Assembly: GCA_963796055.1 (NCBI GenBank)
Contig: CAWCKH010000004.1
Span: 2,368,001 to 2,432,000 of the forward strand
Direction: 5' to 3'
Length of the DNA stretch: 64,000 bases
Origin: an uncultured delta proteobacterium
GTDB taxonomy: Bacteria; Myxococcota; Myxococcia; Myxococcales; Myxococcaceae
Made by a program: the position numbers and the translations under genes
Notes under the pieces: model-generated
Told to the model about the DNA's origin: nothing
Database searches by the model: none
What the model saw: the letters and a program-made list of their open reading frames with translations, nothing else
Part shown: in pieces, positions 1 through 9,269 of the stretch
Layout: each line of letters opens with the position of its first letter
Numbering within the stretch: the stretch's first letter is position 1

Positions 1-382
1 TTCCGGCTCCCACGGTCTCTTCGTCGGCGAGCTGGTGCCCGGCGTCGAGCACAGCCTCCAGATCCGCCGCGCCGGCTACAAGCCGGTGGACACCAGGGTG
101 AGCGCACGGAGCGCGGAGGAGCCGGTGGAGCTGCGCACCACGCTCGAGCCTTTGGAGTTCCCTCTCCTGGTCACCTCGGCGCCGCCGGGCGCGGTCGTCT
201 TCAGCGGCGAGAGGCTGCTCGGCGTGACCCCGCTCGCCACCCGCGTCCCGGCCACCGCCTCGGCGCTCACCATCCGCAAGCGCTGCTTCGAGACGGCGCA
301 GGTGCCGCTGCGCCTGCCGGCGGAGCCGGGAGCCCGGATCCCGGTCCGGGCGGCGCTGCGCAAGGTGCCCGGCTGCCGTTAG
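1..382 (+). CDS. PEGA-domain protein, C-terminal part (5' truncated by window edge)
   Basis: Frame is open from base 2 to TAG at 380-382. PEGA-like segments HSLQIRRAGYKP and LLVTSAPPGAVVF..LGVTPL. Confidence 0.7.
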   Translation, partial: SGSHGLFVGELVPGVEHSLQIRRAGYKPVDTRVSARSAEEPVELRTTLEPLEFPLLVTSAPPGAVVFSGERLLGVTPLATRVPATASALTIRKRCFETAQVPLRLPAEPGARIPVRAALRKVPGCR

Positions 383-781
383 GTCAGGGCCGCGGCATCC
401 GTTAGGTCAGGGCCGCGGCGTTCGGTAGGTCAGGGCCGCGGCTCCCGTTAGGTCAGGGCCGCGGCGTTCGGTAGGTCAGGGCCGCGGCATCCGTTGGGTC
501 AAGGCCGCGGCGCTCGGTACCGTCAGGAGCCCCGGCGTCGGGTAGGTCGGGGCCGCGGCATCCGTTAGGTCAGGGCCGCGGCGTTCGGTACCGTCAGGAG
601 CCCCGGCGTCGGGTAGGTCGGGGCCGCGGCATCCGTTAGGTCAGGGCCGCGGCGTTCGGTACCGTCAGGAGCCCCGGCGTCGGGTAGGTCGGGGCCGCGG
701 CATCCGTTAGGTCAGGGCCGCGGCGTTCGGTATCGTCAGGAGCCCCGGCGTCGGGTAGGTCAGGGCCGCGGCATCCGTTAG
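377..781. repeat. Intergenic tandem repeat: 17 units of 23/25 bp with a 71-bp higher-order period
   Basis: Units such as CGTTAGGTCAGGGCCGCGGCGTT and GGGTAGGTCGGGGCCGCGGCATC (23 bp) and CGGTACCGTCAGGAGCCCCGGCGTC (25 bp) read directly from the sequence. Confidence 0.95.
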
Positions 782-794
782 AGTCGGGCCCCCG

Positions 795-2540
795 ATGGCT
801 CCCCGCACCCGCAAGGCCACCGACCCGCTGGCCGACCTGCCGCCCTGGGCGCAGAAGCTGGCCCAAGCCTACTACACCAAGACCGTCAGCACCTTCCTGC
901 TCCACGGCGCGGTGCGAGATCTTCAGCCGCTCGGCCCCCCGGACGACCGCTCGTACGGCCCACTGAAGCAGTTCCTCACCGAGGAGCTCTTCGGGGGGCG
1001 GAGCCACGTGCTGCACTACGACCGCTCCAGCGGCATCCGCGCCGCCACGCCGGACTCGCAGAAGGACTTCACGCGGACCCTGAGCGCCTACGACACGCTC
1101 TACGGAACGGATTACGCCAAGGTGCTGCCCCGCGACCCAGGCCGGGCGTTGCAGATCCTCGAGAACTACCTGCGGATGCGCCTCTCCGACGGGCGGTCGC
1201 TGGCGCTGGTCATCGACTTCGCCGAGACGCTGGCCCCGGGCGGGGAGATGGGCAGCCTCTCCGGCGAGGACCGCTTCGCCCTCGCCACCCTGGTGAAGTG
1301 GGCGAGCGATCCGCAGTTCCTCGCCGGCGACCTCTCCATCGTGCTGCTGGTGGAGAACCTGGCGGAGATCTCCGGGCGGCTGTCGCGCAACCCCTACGTG
1401 GCCGGCATCGAGCTGCCGTTGCCGACCGAGGAGGAGCGGCAGGACTACGTGCAGTGGAAGCTGCAGGGCAAGCGGCTGGCCTCGGTGTCCGAGATTGCTG
1501 CGCCGGCGCTGGCCAAGATGAGCGCCGGGCTGTCCCGCATCAACCTCGACCGGATCCTCACCGAGGCGGTGGAGCGGGAGGTGCGGATCACCCCGGAGCT
1601 CCTGAAGGAGAAGAAGAAGGAGCTGATCCAGGCCGAATGTCATGGGTTGCTCGAGTTCATCGAGCCCGCCCACACCCTGGACTCGGTGGCCGGCCACGCC
1701 CGGGCCAAGGAGATGCTCCGGCAGGCGGCGGCGGCGCTGAGGAAGGGGCGCATCGAGGTGCTCCCCATGGGCTACCTGGTCTCCGGTCCGGTGGGGACGG
1801 GGAAGACGTTCCTCGCCACCTGCTTCGCCGGGGAGATCGGCATCCCCTGCGTGAAGTTCCTCAACTTCCGCAGCCAGTGGCAGGGGGTGACCGAGGCCAA
1901 CGTGGAGAAGATCTTCAACCTCCTCAAGGCGCTCTGGCCGGTGGCGGTGATGGTGGACGAGGCGGACGCCTTCCTCGGCAACCGCGAGGCCTCGGGCGAC
2001 TCCGGGACCTCCAGCCGGGTGTTCGCCTCCATCGCCTCGTTCATGGGGAACACCGAGTACCGGGGGAAGATCGTCTGGTTCCTCCTCACCGCCCGGCCGG
2101 ATCTCTTGCCGGTGGACCTCAAGCGCCAGGGGAGGGCCGAGGAGCACCTGGCGCTCTTCTACCCGCAGAACGACGCCGAGCGTGACGAGCTGGCCAGGGT
2201 GGTCTCGAAGAAGGTGAAGGTTGCCCTGCAGCTCCCGTCATTCGCCGCGCTGCTCCCCGCCGGGGCGCAGATGTCCGGGGCGGACATCGAGGCGGTGCTG
2301 GTTCGCTCCAAGTTCCGCGCCCTGGCGCATGGGCGCGAGGAGCCCACCGAGGAGGACGTGCGGGCCGTGGTTTCGGACTTCGTGCCTCCGTCGTACCCGC
2401 TGGAGATCGAGCTGCAGAACCTGGCCGCGGTGCAGGAGTGCACCAGCCGGGAGCTGTTGCCCGAGGTCTACCGGACGATGGAGCGGGACACCGTCACCCG
2501 GCGCATCCGCGAGCTGAAGATGCTGCTCGAGGAACGCTGA
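795..2540 (+). CDS. AAA+ ATPase (Ycf46/SpoVK-like: degenerate N-terminal AAA plus intact C-terminal AAA)
   Basis: Walker A GPVGTGKT, Walker B VMVDEAD, second region of homology TARPDLLPVDLKRQGR. Confidence 0.85.
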   Translation: MAPRTRKATDPLADLPPWAQKLAQAYYTKTVSTFLLHGAVRDLQPLGPPDDRSYGPLKQFLTEELFGGRSHVLHYDRSSGIRAATPDSQKDFTRTLSAYDTLYGTDYAKVLPRDPGRALQILENYLRMRLSDGRSLALVIDFAETLAPGGEMGSLSGEDRFALATLVKWASDPQFLAGDLSIVLLVENLAEISGRLSRNPYVAGIELPLPTEEERQDYVQWKLQGKRLASVSEIAAPALAKMSAGLSRINLDRILTEAVEREVRITPELLKEKKKELIQAECHGLLEFIEPAHTLDSVAGHARAKEMLRQAAAALRKGRIEVLPMGYLVSGPVGTGKTFLATCFAGEIGIPCVKFLNFRSQWQGVTEANVEKIFNLLKALWPVAVMVDEADAFLGNREASGDSGTSSRVFASIASFMGNTEYRGKIVWFLLTARPDLLPVDLKRQGRAEEHLALFYPQNDAERDELARVVSKKVKVALQLPSFAALLPAGAQMSGADIEAVLVRSKFRALAHGREEPTEEDVRAVVSDFVPPSYPLEIELQNLAAVQECTSRELLPEVYRTMERDTVTRRIRELKMLLEER

Positions 2541-2564
2541 GCACTGTCCGGGGGCCGAGCGGCG

Positions 2565-5312
2565 TCATCCACCGGTGGCCGCACGCGTCGGGCGGGGAGC
2601 GGCGAAGAACCGCTCCAGCTCCGGCACCTCTCGCGTCCGCTGCGCGATGCAGAGGTCCAGCTTCTCCAGCGCCAGGGCGAACCGCCGCGGCCCGCCGAGG
2701 ACCGACGTGACGCGATGTCCGAACACCCGCTCGGCCTCGGCGCGCTCGTCCGCGCTGCACGACTCGCCGGCCAGGGTGAAGAACCGGCTCAGTCCACCGC
2801 GAGGCATCAGGGCCACCAGCGCGTCCCAGGAGCGGTCGATTCCGGCGAGCGTCCGGGAGCGGCCGACGGGCGAGTCGGTCGGCGGCTGGCTCTTCTTCCA
2901 CTTTTCACCCACCAGCAGCTGGGCGATCTCCCGGGGGTCCAGACGCCCGGAGGTGGCCAGCGCCACGTTCTGGTCGAGCAGCTCCGGGGCACGGGTGCTG
3001 GCGAGGCCCTCGAGGAGCCAGTCCCGGGTGTCGATGTCCCGGGTGCGGTCCAGCCGCTGCACCAGGGCCTGGTGGAGGTCACGCCCGCCGAACCTTCCGG
3101 CCGTCTGCAGCACCGGCGACACCATCTCCGGGGCGACCGCCCGCGGCCGCGAGAGCCAGGCCTCGGCCAGCGCGCGGGCCTCGGCCACCAGCTGTGGGTC
3201 CTCGCCCCGCCGGGCCACGAAGCTGGTGGTCTGGGGCCGGGTGAGCTGCACCTCGTCGTCCTCGGCCGGCTTGCTGCGGAACCCGAGCGCCCGCGCCCGT
3301 GGCCCGAACACCCGGCGGACCCAGGCCGCGTACGCCGGGCCGAGCCGCCCGGCGAGGAAGTCCTCGCGCACCGTGGCCAGCTTGATGGCCGCCTCGACCA
3401 CGTGGTGCTCACGGGCGGCGGCGTGGCGGGCGGCCAGCTGCAGCCCCTCGGCGCGCGAGATGGCTCCGCCCCGCACCAGCGCCTCGGTGTCCCCGAGCAA
3501 CCCCACCCGCTCGGCGTCGTCCAGCTTGCCCGAGCGGACCAGCCGGGCGCGCCAGGCGGGGTCGAGCTGGAGGCGGTAGTACCCGGCGTACCCGGCGTTG
3601 GGGAGCACCCAGTCGGGACAGGCCCGCGGCTCGAGCGTCATCTCTGCGCTCGGGGTGTCGAGCAGGGTGCAGCGGGTCTGCTCCTTTCCTCCCGTGCTCC
3701 AGCGGGTGCAGACGGGGATCTGCCACACCCCGGCCCGTGTCCCGGTGGAGCCCGCGGGCAGCCATCGATCCTGCGCCAGCTGCAGCACCGCCCCCTGGGC
3801 GCCGCAGCGCACGGTGGCCTGGATCCGCGGAACCCCCGGGTGGTCCAGGAAGGTGTCGAACGCCGGCGCCACGTCGCGTCCGGCGGCCTCGGAGATGGCG
3901 CGGAGGAAGTCGTGGGCGGTGGCGTTTCCATCGGCGTGCGTCCGCACGTACCGCTGGATGCCGCGCCGGAAGGTCTCCGGGCCCACCCACTGCTCGAACA
4001 TCCGGAGCACCGCCGCGCCCTTCTCGTAGGTGATGGAGTCGAAGGCGTTCTTCACGTCGTCGTAGCTGTGGACCGGCTGGCGAACGACCCGGGCGCTCAC
4101 CAGGGCGTCGGTCTCCGCCGCCACGTTCCGCTGGTCGACCCGCTCCGCGGCCATGCCCCACGCCGGCGCCCACTGCTCGATGACCTTGGTCTCCATCCAG
4201 GTGGCGAAGGCCTCGTTGAGCCAGATGTCGTCCCACCACGCGGCGGTGACCAGGTCTCCGAACCATTGGTGCGCGAACTCGTGCGCCGCCACCTTGGCGT
4301 AGATGCGCCGCCGCTCCACCCGGTCCTGCCCGGGTCGGGTGAGCACGAGCGTCTCGCGGAAGGTGACCAGCCCCACGTTCTCCATCGCTCCGAACTGGAC
4401 GGTGAAGGGGATCGCGAGCACGTCGAGCTTCTCGTAGGGGTAGGAAATGCCGAAGTAGTCTTCGAGGCCCTCGAGGATCTCCGGGGTCACCCGGGCCGCC
4501 CACGCCGCCTCGTGTGCCCGTCCCCGCGGGGCGATGATCCGGACTGGAACCCGTCTCTTGCCCGCGGGGCGCGCTTCCTCCATCTCGAAGGGACCCACCC
4601 CGAAGGCCACCAGGTACGAGGGTAGCGGCCGCGTCGGGCGGAACCGCACCTCCTTGAGGCCCTCGCCCACCGGGGTCTCGCTGGCCACCGGCGTGTTGGA
4701 GACCGCGGTCAGCCCCACCGGGACCCGCAGGGTCAGCTCCCAGGGAATCTTCGCCGACGGCTCGTCCACGCACGGAAACGCCCGGCGGGCATCCGTGGAC
4801 TCGAACTGGGTGAAGGCGTACCAGTCCCCGCCGCTCTGCTGGCGGAAGATGCCCGAGTCCTCCTGGGTGAACTGCGTGCCCCGGAACTCGAGCACCAGGG
4901 TGAGGGGACCCGGGGGGAGCTGCCGCGGAAAGCGCAGCGCGACCCGCTGGTCGTCGCGCACCACCGGCTCGGCCCGCACCTCGTCGGTGCCGACCCGGGC
5001 GCCCGCCGAGGTGACCTCCAGCGCATCGGTGTTGAGCCACACCACGTCACTGGCCGCGTCCAGCGTGCCGTCGATCTCGGTGCGTCCGGAGAAGCCCGGG
5101 GCCGAGGGAAGCACGGTGAGGGACACCCGCTGGCTCGAGGGGCGGAAGGTGCGCGGGAGCCGGATGCCGTCCGGCGCCACGAGCGGGGGCGGGGGCGGGG
5201 GAGTGGCCACTGCCTGGGGCTGGGCCGTGGGCGCGCGCGGCGCGGTGCCGCGGTCGGCCGCGCAGGCCGCCAGCAGCAGTGCACCGAGGAGGATCGGGAG
5301 GCGGAAGCTCAT
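2565..5312 (-). CDS. M1 family aminopeptidase, lipoprotein
   Basis: GAMEN exopeptidase motif, HEFAH-x18-E zinc motif, ITYEKG. Lipobox LAAC after MSFRLPILLG. Start placed at ATG 5312. Confidence 0.92.
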   Translation of the reverse strand: MSFRLPILLGALLLAACAADRGTAPRAPTAQPQAVATPPPPPPLVAPDGIRLPRTFRPSSQRVSLTVLPSAPGFSGRTEIDGTLDAASDVVWLNTDALEVTSAGARVGTDEVRAEPVVRDDQRVALRFPRQLPPGPLTLVLEFRGTQFTQEDSGIFRQQSGGDWYAFTQFESTDARRAFPCVDEPSAKIPWELTLRVPVGLTAVSNTPVASETPVGEGLKEVRFRPTRPLPSYLVAFGVGPFEMEEARPAGKRRVPVRIIAPRGRAHEAAWAARVTPEILEGLEDYFGISYPYEKLDVLAIPFTVQFGAMENVGLVTFRETLVLTRPGQDRVERRRIYAKVAAHEFAHQWFGDLVTAAWWDDIWLNEAFATWMETKVIEQWAPAWGMAAERVDQRNVAAETDALVSARVVRQPVHSYDDVKNAFDSITYEKGAAVLRMFEQWVGPETFRRGIQRYVRTHADGNATAHDFLRAISEAAGRDVAPAFDTFLDHPGVPRIQATVRCGAQGAVLQLAQDRWLPAGSTGTRAGVWQIPVCTRWSTGGKEQTRCTLLDTPSAEMTLEPRACPDWVLPNAGYAGYYRLQLDPAWRARLVRSGKLDDAERVGLLGDTEALVRGGAISRAEGLQLAARHAAAREHHVVEAAIKLATVREDFLAGRLGPAYAAWVRRVFGPRARALGFRSKPAEDDEVQLTRPQTTSFVARRGEDPQLVAEARALAEAWLSRPRAVAPEMVSPVLQTAGRFGGRDLHQALVQRLDRTRDIDTRDWLLEGLASTRAPELLDQNVALATSGRLDPREIAQLLVGEKWKKSQPPTDSPVGRSRTLAGIDRSWDALVALMPRGGLSRFFTLAGESCSADERAEAERVFGHRVTSVLGGPRRFALALEKLDLCIAQRTREVPELERFFAAPRPTRAATGG

Positions 5313-5365
5313 GAAGGGCGCGCACTCTGGCACGACCTGCCCAGCGCGCAACCGCCGAATGTCCG

Positions 5366-7288
5366 TCAGTCCGCGGGTCCCCCGACCCGGAGGTTGAGCC
5401 CCGGACGGAGGGAGCGGGCGTGGCGGATGCGGTTCCAGCGCTTCAGGTCGTCCACGCTGACGCCGTACTGCTGGGCCACGCTCCACAGCGTCTCGCCCTC
5501 GGCGAGCTGGTGCATCCCGGGCTTTGCGCCGGCAGGTGGCGCAGGGGTGGACGCCACCGGAGGATGCACGGCAGTGGGAGGAGCGTCGGCCTGGGCCACC
5601 AGCTTCGCCGGGGAAGCCTCGGCCGGCGCGGCGCCGGGGCCGGGCCAGACGGTCAGCACGGTGCCGACCTGGAGCCCTCTCCGGGCCTTCCTTCCGAGCG
5701 TGTTCCAGGCCTGGACCTGGTCCACCGTCACGCCGAATCGCTGGGCGATGGTCCACAGCGAGTCGCCGCTCTGGACCCCGTACTGGACGCGGGTCTTGCC
5801 GTCCACGACCTCGGTCTTGACCGTCCCCTGCGCCAGCAGGCGGGGTGGACCGATGCGCGTGCCGGCGGGGACCTCCTCCTCGGGCGCCGGCGCGACGTAC
5901 CCCTGGGCGCGAGCCCGGGCCACCTGCCGCTCCAGGCCGTGCCCGGCGTCGGCCAGCGCGCGGGCGGAGGGCACCGGGACGGCCAGCTCGCTGTTGATCC
6001 GCAGGGTCTTCGCGCTGCGGAGCCGGTTGAACTGGAGGATGGCCTCGGGGGCCGAGTGGTACTGCAGCGCGATGCGCGAGAGCGTGTCGCCCTTGCGCAC
6101 GTGGTGGATGCGGTAGGTGAGCCGCTCGCCGGCGGGGATGCGCGCCAGTCCGGCGATCACCGTGTCCCGGGTCCCCCGCGGGACGCGGACCAGGTAGGGG
6201 CGGGCAGCGGAGGCGGGGGGAGTGCACCAGCGGCGCAGCTCGGGATTCAGCTCCCGGATGGTCTCGGTGCTGGTCCCCGCGGCCCGGGCCACCACGTCGA
6301 GGTCGGTGGGTTCCACCACCGGCACCTCGTCGAACTCGAGCGGCTGCTGGAACTCGAACTCGTCCTCGCTGAACCCGAACGCACGGGGGTGCTTGGCCAC
6401 CAGCGCGCAGGCGATGAGCTTGGGGACGTAGTGCTTGGTCTCCTTGGCCAGCCCCTTGCCGTCGCTGAGCGCCCAGAAGTCGCGGGTCCCTCGGCGCTCC
6501 ATCGTCCGACGGAGCTTCTCGCCGCCGGCGTTGTAACCGGCCCAGGCGAGGTACCAGTGGCCCAGCGCTCCGTGGAGCTCGGTCAGGTAGCGGCCCGCGG
6601 CCACGGTAGCCTTCAGCGGGTCGCGCCGCTCGTCCACCCAGAAGTCCTGCTTGAGACCGAAGCGGCGGCCGGTGCTGGAGATGAACTGCCAGGGCCCGGC
6701 GGCCCGGGCCCAGGAGGTGGCGCCGGGGGAGAAGCCGCTCTCAATCATCGCCAGATAGACCGTGTCCCGCGGGAGCCCGCCGCGCTCGAGCAGCGGGGTC
6801 ATCATCGGGATGTACCGCGTGGAGCGGGACATCCACTTGCGGAACCACTTGCGGCCCGGGCCCTGGAAGAACTGGATGTACTGGGCCACCGTGGGCTGCA
6901 TCTCGATGGGGATGTCGTACTCGGGGGCGATGGCGCCCACGTCGAAGGTGGAGAGGTCGGTGACCAGCCCCAGGTTCACCACCGGCTCGCCGGCGGAGAG
7001 CTCCTCCGCGCCGTCCTCGAGGCGGGCCCGGAGGGGGCTGGCGGTGCCGAGGGCGCGGACCGAGCGCAGCACCTCGGGGCTGGGCTTCGCCGCCGGATCG
7101 AGGACCGCGTCCTCGAGGGCCCGCATCTCCTCCAGCTCCTCCGAGGCCGGCTCGTCGTCGGCGTCGATGTCGTCGGAGGTACGTCCGGGGTTCACCGCCT
7201 GCGCCGGTGCGCGCGGCGGCGCGGTCGGCGACGCCTCGGGGGCGGCCGCGCCGCTGCTGAGCATCAGAAGGACGAAGGGGAGCGACAA
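5366..7288 (-). CDS. LysM-domain lytic transglycosylase (MltD-like)
   Basis: SLT motifs IESGF, AAGPWQF, AGYNAG, ETKHYV and three LysM repeats (VRKGDTL, VQSGDSL, LAEGETL). Start uncertain (TTG 7288 or ATG 7264). Confidence 0.9.
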   Translation of the reverse strand: MSLPFVLLMLSSGAAAPEASPTAPPRAPAQAVNPGRTSDDIDADDEPASEELEEMRALEDAVLDPAAKPSPEVLRSVRALGTASPLRARLEDGAEELSAGEPVVNLGLVTDLSTFDVGAIAPEYDIPIEMQPTVAQYIQFFQGPGRKWFRKWMSRSTRYIPMMTPLLERGGLPRDTVYLAMIESGFSPGATSWARAAGPWQFISSTGRRFGLKQDFWVDERRDPLKATVAAGRYLTELHGALGHWYLAWAGYNAGGEKLRRTMERRGTRDFWALSDGKGLAKETKHYVPKLIACALVAKHPRAFGFSEDEFEFQQPLEFDEVPVVEPTDLDVVARAAGTSTETIRELNPELRRWCTPPASAARPYLVRVPRGTRDTVIAGLARIPAGERLTYRIHHVRKGDTLSRIALQYHSAPEAILQFNRLRSAKTLRINSELAVPVPSARALADAGHGLERQVARARAQGYVAPAPEEEVPAGTRIGPPRLLAQGTVKTEVVDGKTRVQYGVQSGDSLWTIAQRFGVTVDQVQAWNTLGRKARRGLQVGTVLTVWPGPGAAPAEASPAKLVAQADAPPTAVHPPVASTPAPPAGAKPGMHQLAEGETLWSVAQQYGVSVDDLKRWNRIRHARSLRPGLNLRVGGPAD

Positions 7289-7325
7289 ACGAACCTCGAA
7301 TGGTAGGCGGGCCGCCGGAGAGGGG

Positions 7326-8852
7326 TCAACGCCGCGTCGCGGTGCTGGGGGCGGCGCCGTGTCCCGGACCGAGCACCCGGGGAAGGTAGGTCGGATAATC
7401 GAAATGAATGCTGTTCTCGGCGGTGTGGCATCCCACACACACGCTGGGACCCGGCCTGGGGCGCAGCACGGACTTCTCGGTGCCGTCGAGGACGTGGATC
7501 GAACCCGGGCCGTGGCAGTTCTCGCAGCCCACGTTCTTGCGGTCTTCCACCTGGTCCACCCGGCACACACCCCCGGACTGCTGGAAGCCGATGACGTGGC
7601 AGGCGACGCAGTCCAGCCGGTACTGCTTCTGGACCGACTCGAGCGTGGCGTACGCCCGGGCGTGCCCGGTCTTGTCGTAGACCGCGAACGGGTCCGGATG
7701 GCAGCTCCGGCACGCTTCGTTGCCGACGTACGCTGCCTCACCCCGGGCAGGGGGAGGGCAGGGCTGGCCGTGCTCCTTCGCCCAGGCGAGGTTGAGCTGG
7801 GCCACGTCCCGGTCGTAGTCGGCGATGATCTTCTGCACTCCGGGGTCCTCGGGCAGCGCCGCCTCCACCGGGACGAAGCGCACGGTGAACGTCCCGGGCT
7901 GGAGCGCGGTTGCCTGGGCCTGGGAGGCGAGCTGCTCGCGCCGCAGCACCAGCTCGTGGAGCCGGGCGTCGAGGAGCCGCTTGCGCTCGGGCGATAGGCC
8001 GAGCGTCCCCAGCTCGCGCCGGAGCAGCTCCAGCCGCTGCCCCTGCGCGTTGAACTCCCGCTCGATGTCGCCCTGTCCGCGCGCGAGCTGGAGGGCGGCG
8101 CCGTCCGGGCCGGGGCTCGCGTCCACCCGGAGGATGGAACGGCCGCGGCTTTGGACCTGGGCCACCGGGACCGAGCCCCGGAGCAGCCGGCCGTCCTCCC
8201 ACTCTGCCCCGATGGTCTCCGGGGCCTGGGCGGCGACGACCAGGTCCACGCCCTCGCCGGTGTGCACCTCGCCCGGAGCGCCGCCGAAGAGCCCGAGCAC
8301 GAAGCGGGCGCCCGCGCCCCGGGTCTTCACCGCGCCCTCGGTCAGCTCGGCGGTGGTGGTGGCTGACACCACGCCCACCTTCCACCGCCCGGCATCGAGC
8401 AGCCGCGTTTGGCCGGGACCGAGCTCGGGCAGCCCGAGCGTGCGGCGGAAGTCCGGCCCCAGCGCGTCGTCCAGCGGCCCGGCGAACAGCGCGCCGATCC
8501 GCATCGCGCGGTACGAGGCGGCGATGGCCTGGGCCCGCCGCCGCTCGCCCACCGCCTCGTCGGCAGCGAAGCCGGTGCGCTCGAACAGGGCATCCCCCGC
8601 GTCGACGAAGAGCGCCGGCAGCCCGGAGGCCCGCGTCTTCCCGATGACCGCGGCGGTCTTTCCCAGCCCGCCGCGCATCGCCTCGCTGCATCCGCAGGGG
8701 GCGATCTGCCCCCGCACGTCCGCGGTGACGAAGATCGCGAACCGCGTGGCGGCCGGTGATCCCCCGGCCGCGGGCGCCGGAGGGCCTCCCGGTCCTCCCC
8801 GGGTACAGGCGACGAGCAGTGTGGCTGCAATGAAGACCGAGCGGAGCTGCAA
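7326..8852 (-). CDS. Lipoprotein with UshA/5'-nucleotidase-like N-terminus and tetraheme cytochrome c (c554-like) C-terminus
   Basis: Four CxxCH motifs (CRSCH, CVACH, CENCH, CVGCH). N-terminal TADVRGQIAPCGC..GG..VDAGD. Lipobox LVAC. Start uncertain. Confidence 0.8.
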   Translation of the reverse strand: MQLRSVFIAATLLVACTRGGPGGPPAPAAGGSPAATRFAIFVTADVRGQIAPCGCSEAMRGGLGKTAAVIGKTRASGLPALFVDAGDALFERTGFAADEAVGERRRAQAIAASYRAMRIGALFAGPLDDALGPDFRRTLGLPELGPGQTRLLDAGRWKVGVVSATTTAELTEGAVKTRGAGARFVLGLFGGAPGEVHTGEGVDLVVAAQAPETIGAEWEDGRLLRGSVPVAQVQSRGRSILRVDASPGPDGAALQLARGQGDIEREFNAQGQRLELLRRELGTLGLSPERKRLLDARLHELVLRREQLASQAQATALQPGTFTVRFVPVEAALPEDPGVQKIIADYDRDVAQLNLAWAKEHGQPCPPPARGEAAYVGNEACRSCHPDPFAVYDKTGHARAYATLESVQKQYRLDCVACHVIGFQQSGGVCRVDQVEDRKNVGCENCHGPGSIHVLDGTEKSVLRPRPGPSVCVGCHTAENSIHFDYPTYLPRVLGPGHGAAPSTATRR

Positions 8853-8973
8853 AGTTCCGTCCGCGCAGGGACGGCCCCGTCTACCACTGCGGGCTGGACG
8901 CACGCGAGTCGTTGACAGACCGCCGAGGGAATTGGTTTGAGCGGGGCCCTTGGCGCCGCCCCCTGCAGATCCG

Positions 8974-9213
8974 ATGAAGCTTCCGCTCGAGGAGCTGCTC
9001 TACCTGCGTCTGGGAGAGTTCCTCGACCAGCTCCATGGCCGGAAGGTGCCGGAGCTGTACCGCGTGCTCCTGGACCAGGTGGACCGGGCCGTGCTCCGCC
9101 AGGCGCTGGAGCGCAGCGAGGGCCAGCTCTCGGCAGCCGCCTCCTTCCTCGGCGTGGACCGGAACACCCTGGCCCGCAAGGTGAAACGGCTCAAGGTTCG
9201 CGGCCGGACCTGA
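8974..9213 (+). CDS. Stand-alone Fis-like DNA-binding protein
   Basis: LYRVLLDQVDRAVLRQAL..GQLSAAASFLGVDRNTLARKV matches the Fis HTH. Confidence 0.85.
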   Translation: MKLPLEELLYLRLGEFLDQLHGRKVPELYRVLLDQVDRAVLRQALERSEGQLSAAASFLGVDRNTLARKVKRLKVRGRT

Positions 9214-9269
9214 GGCCGGGAACGCCCCTGGCCTCCGGAGCCCGGCATGTTCATCGTTTGGGGCTGCCC

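Noticed and set aside
377..781. CRISPR array
   Set aside because: Units are contiguous with no unique spacers, and no cas genes are present.
5313..6227. 1220-aa aminopeptidase as given by the ORF track
   Set aside because: The extension overlaps the LysM transglycosylase in another frame; the lipoprotein signal starts at 5312.
8686..8697. Selenocysteine codon in the PCGC motif
   Set aside because: Both codons are TGC; there is no in-frame TGA.
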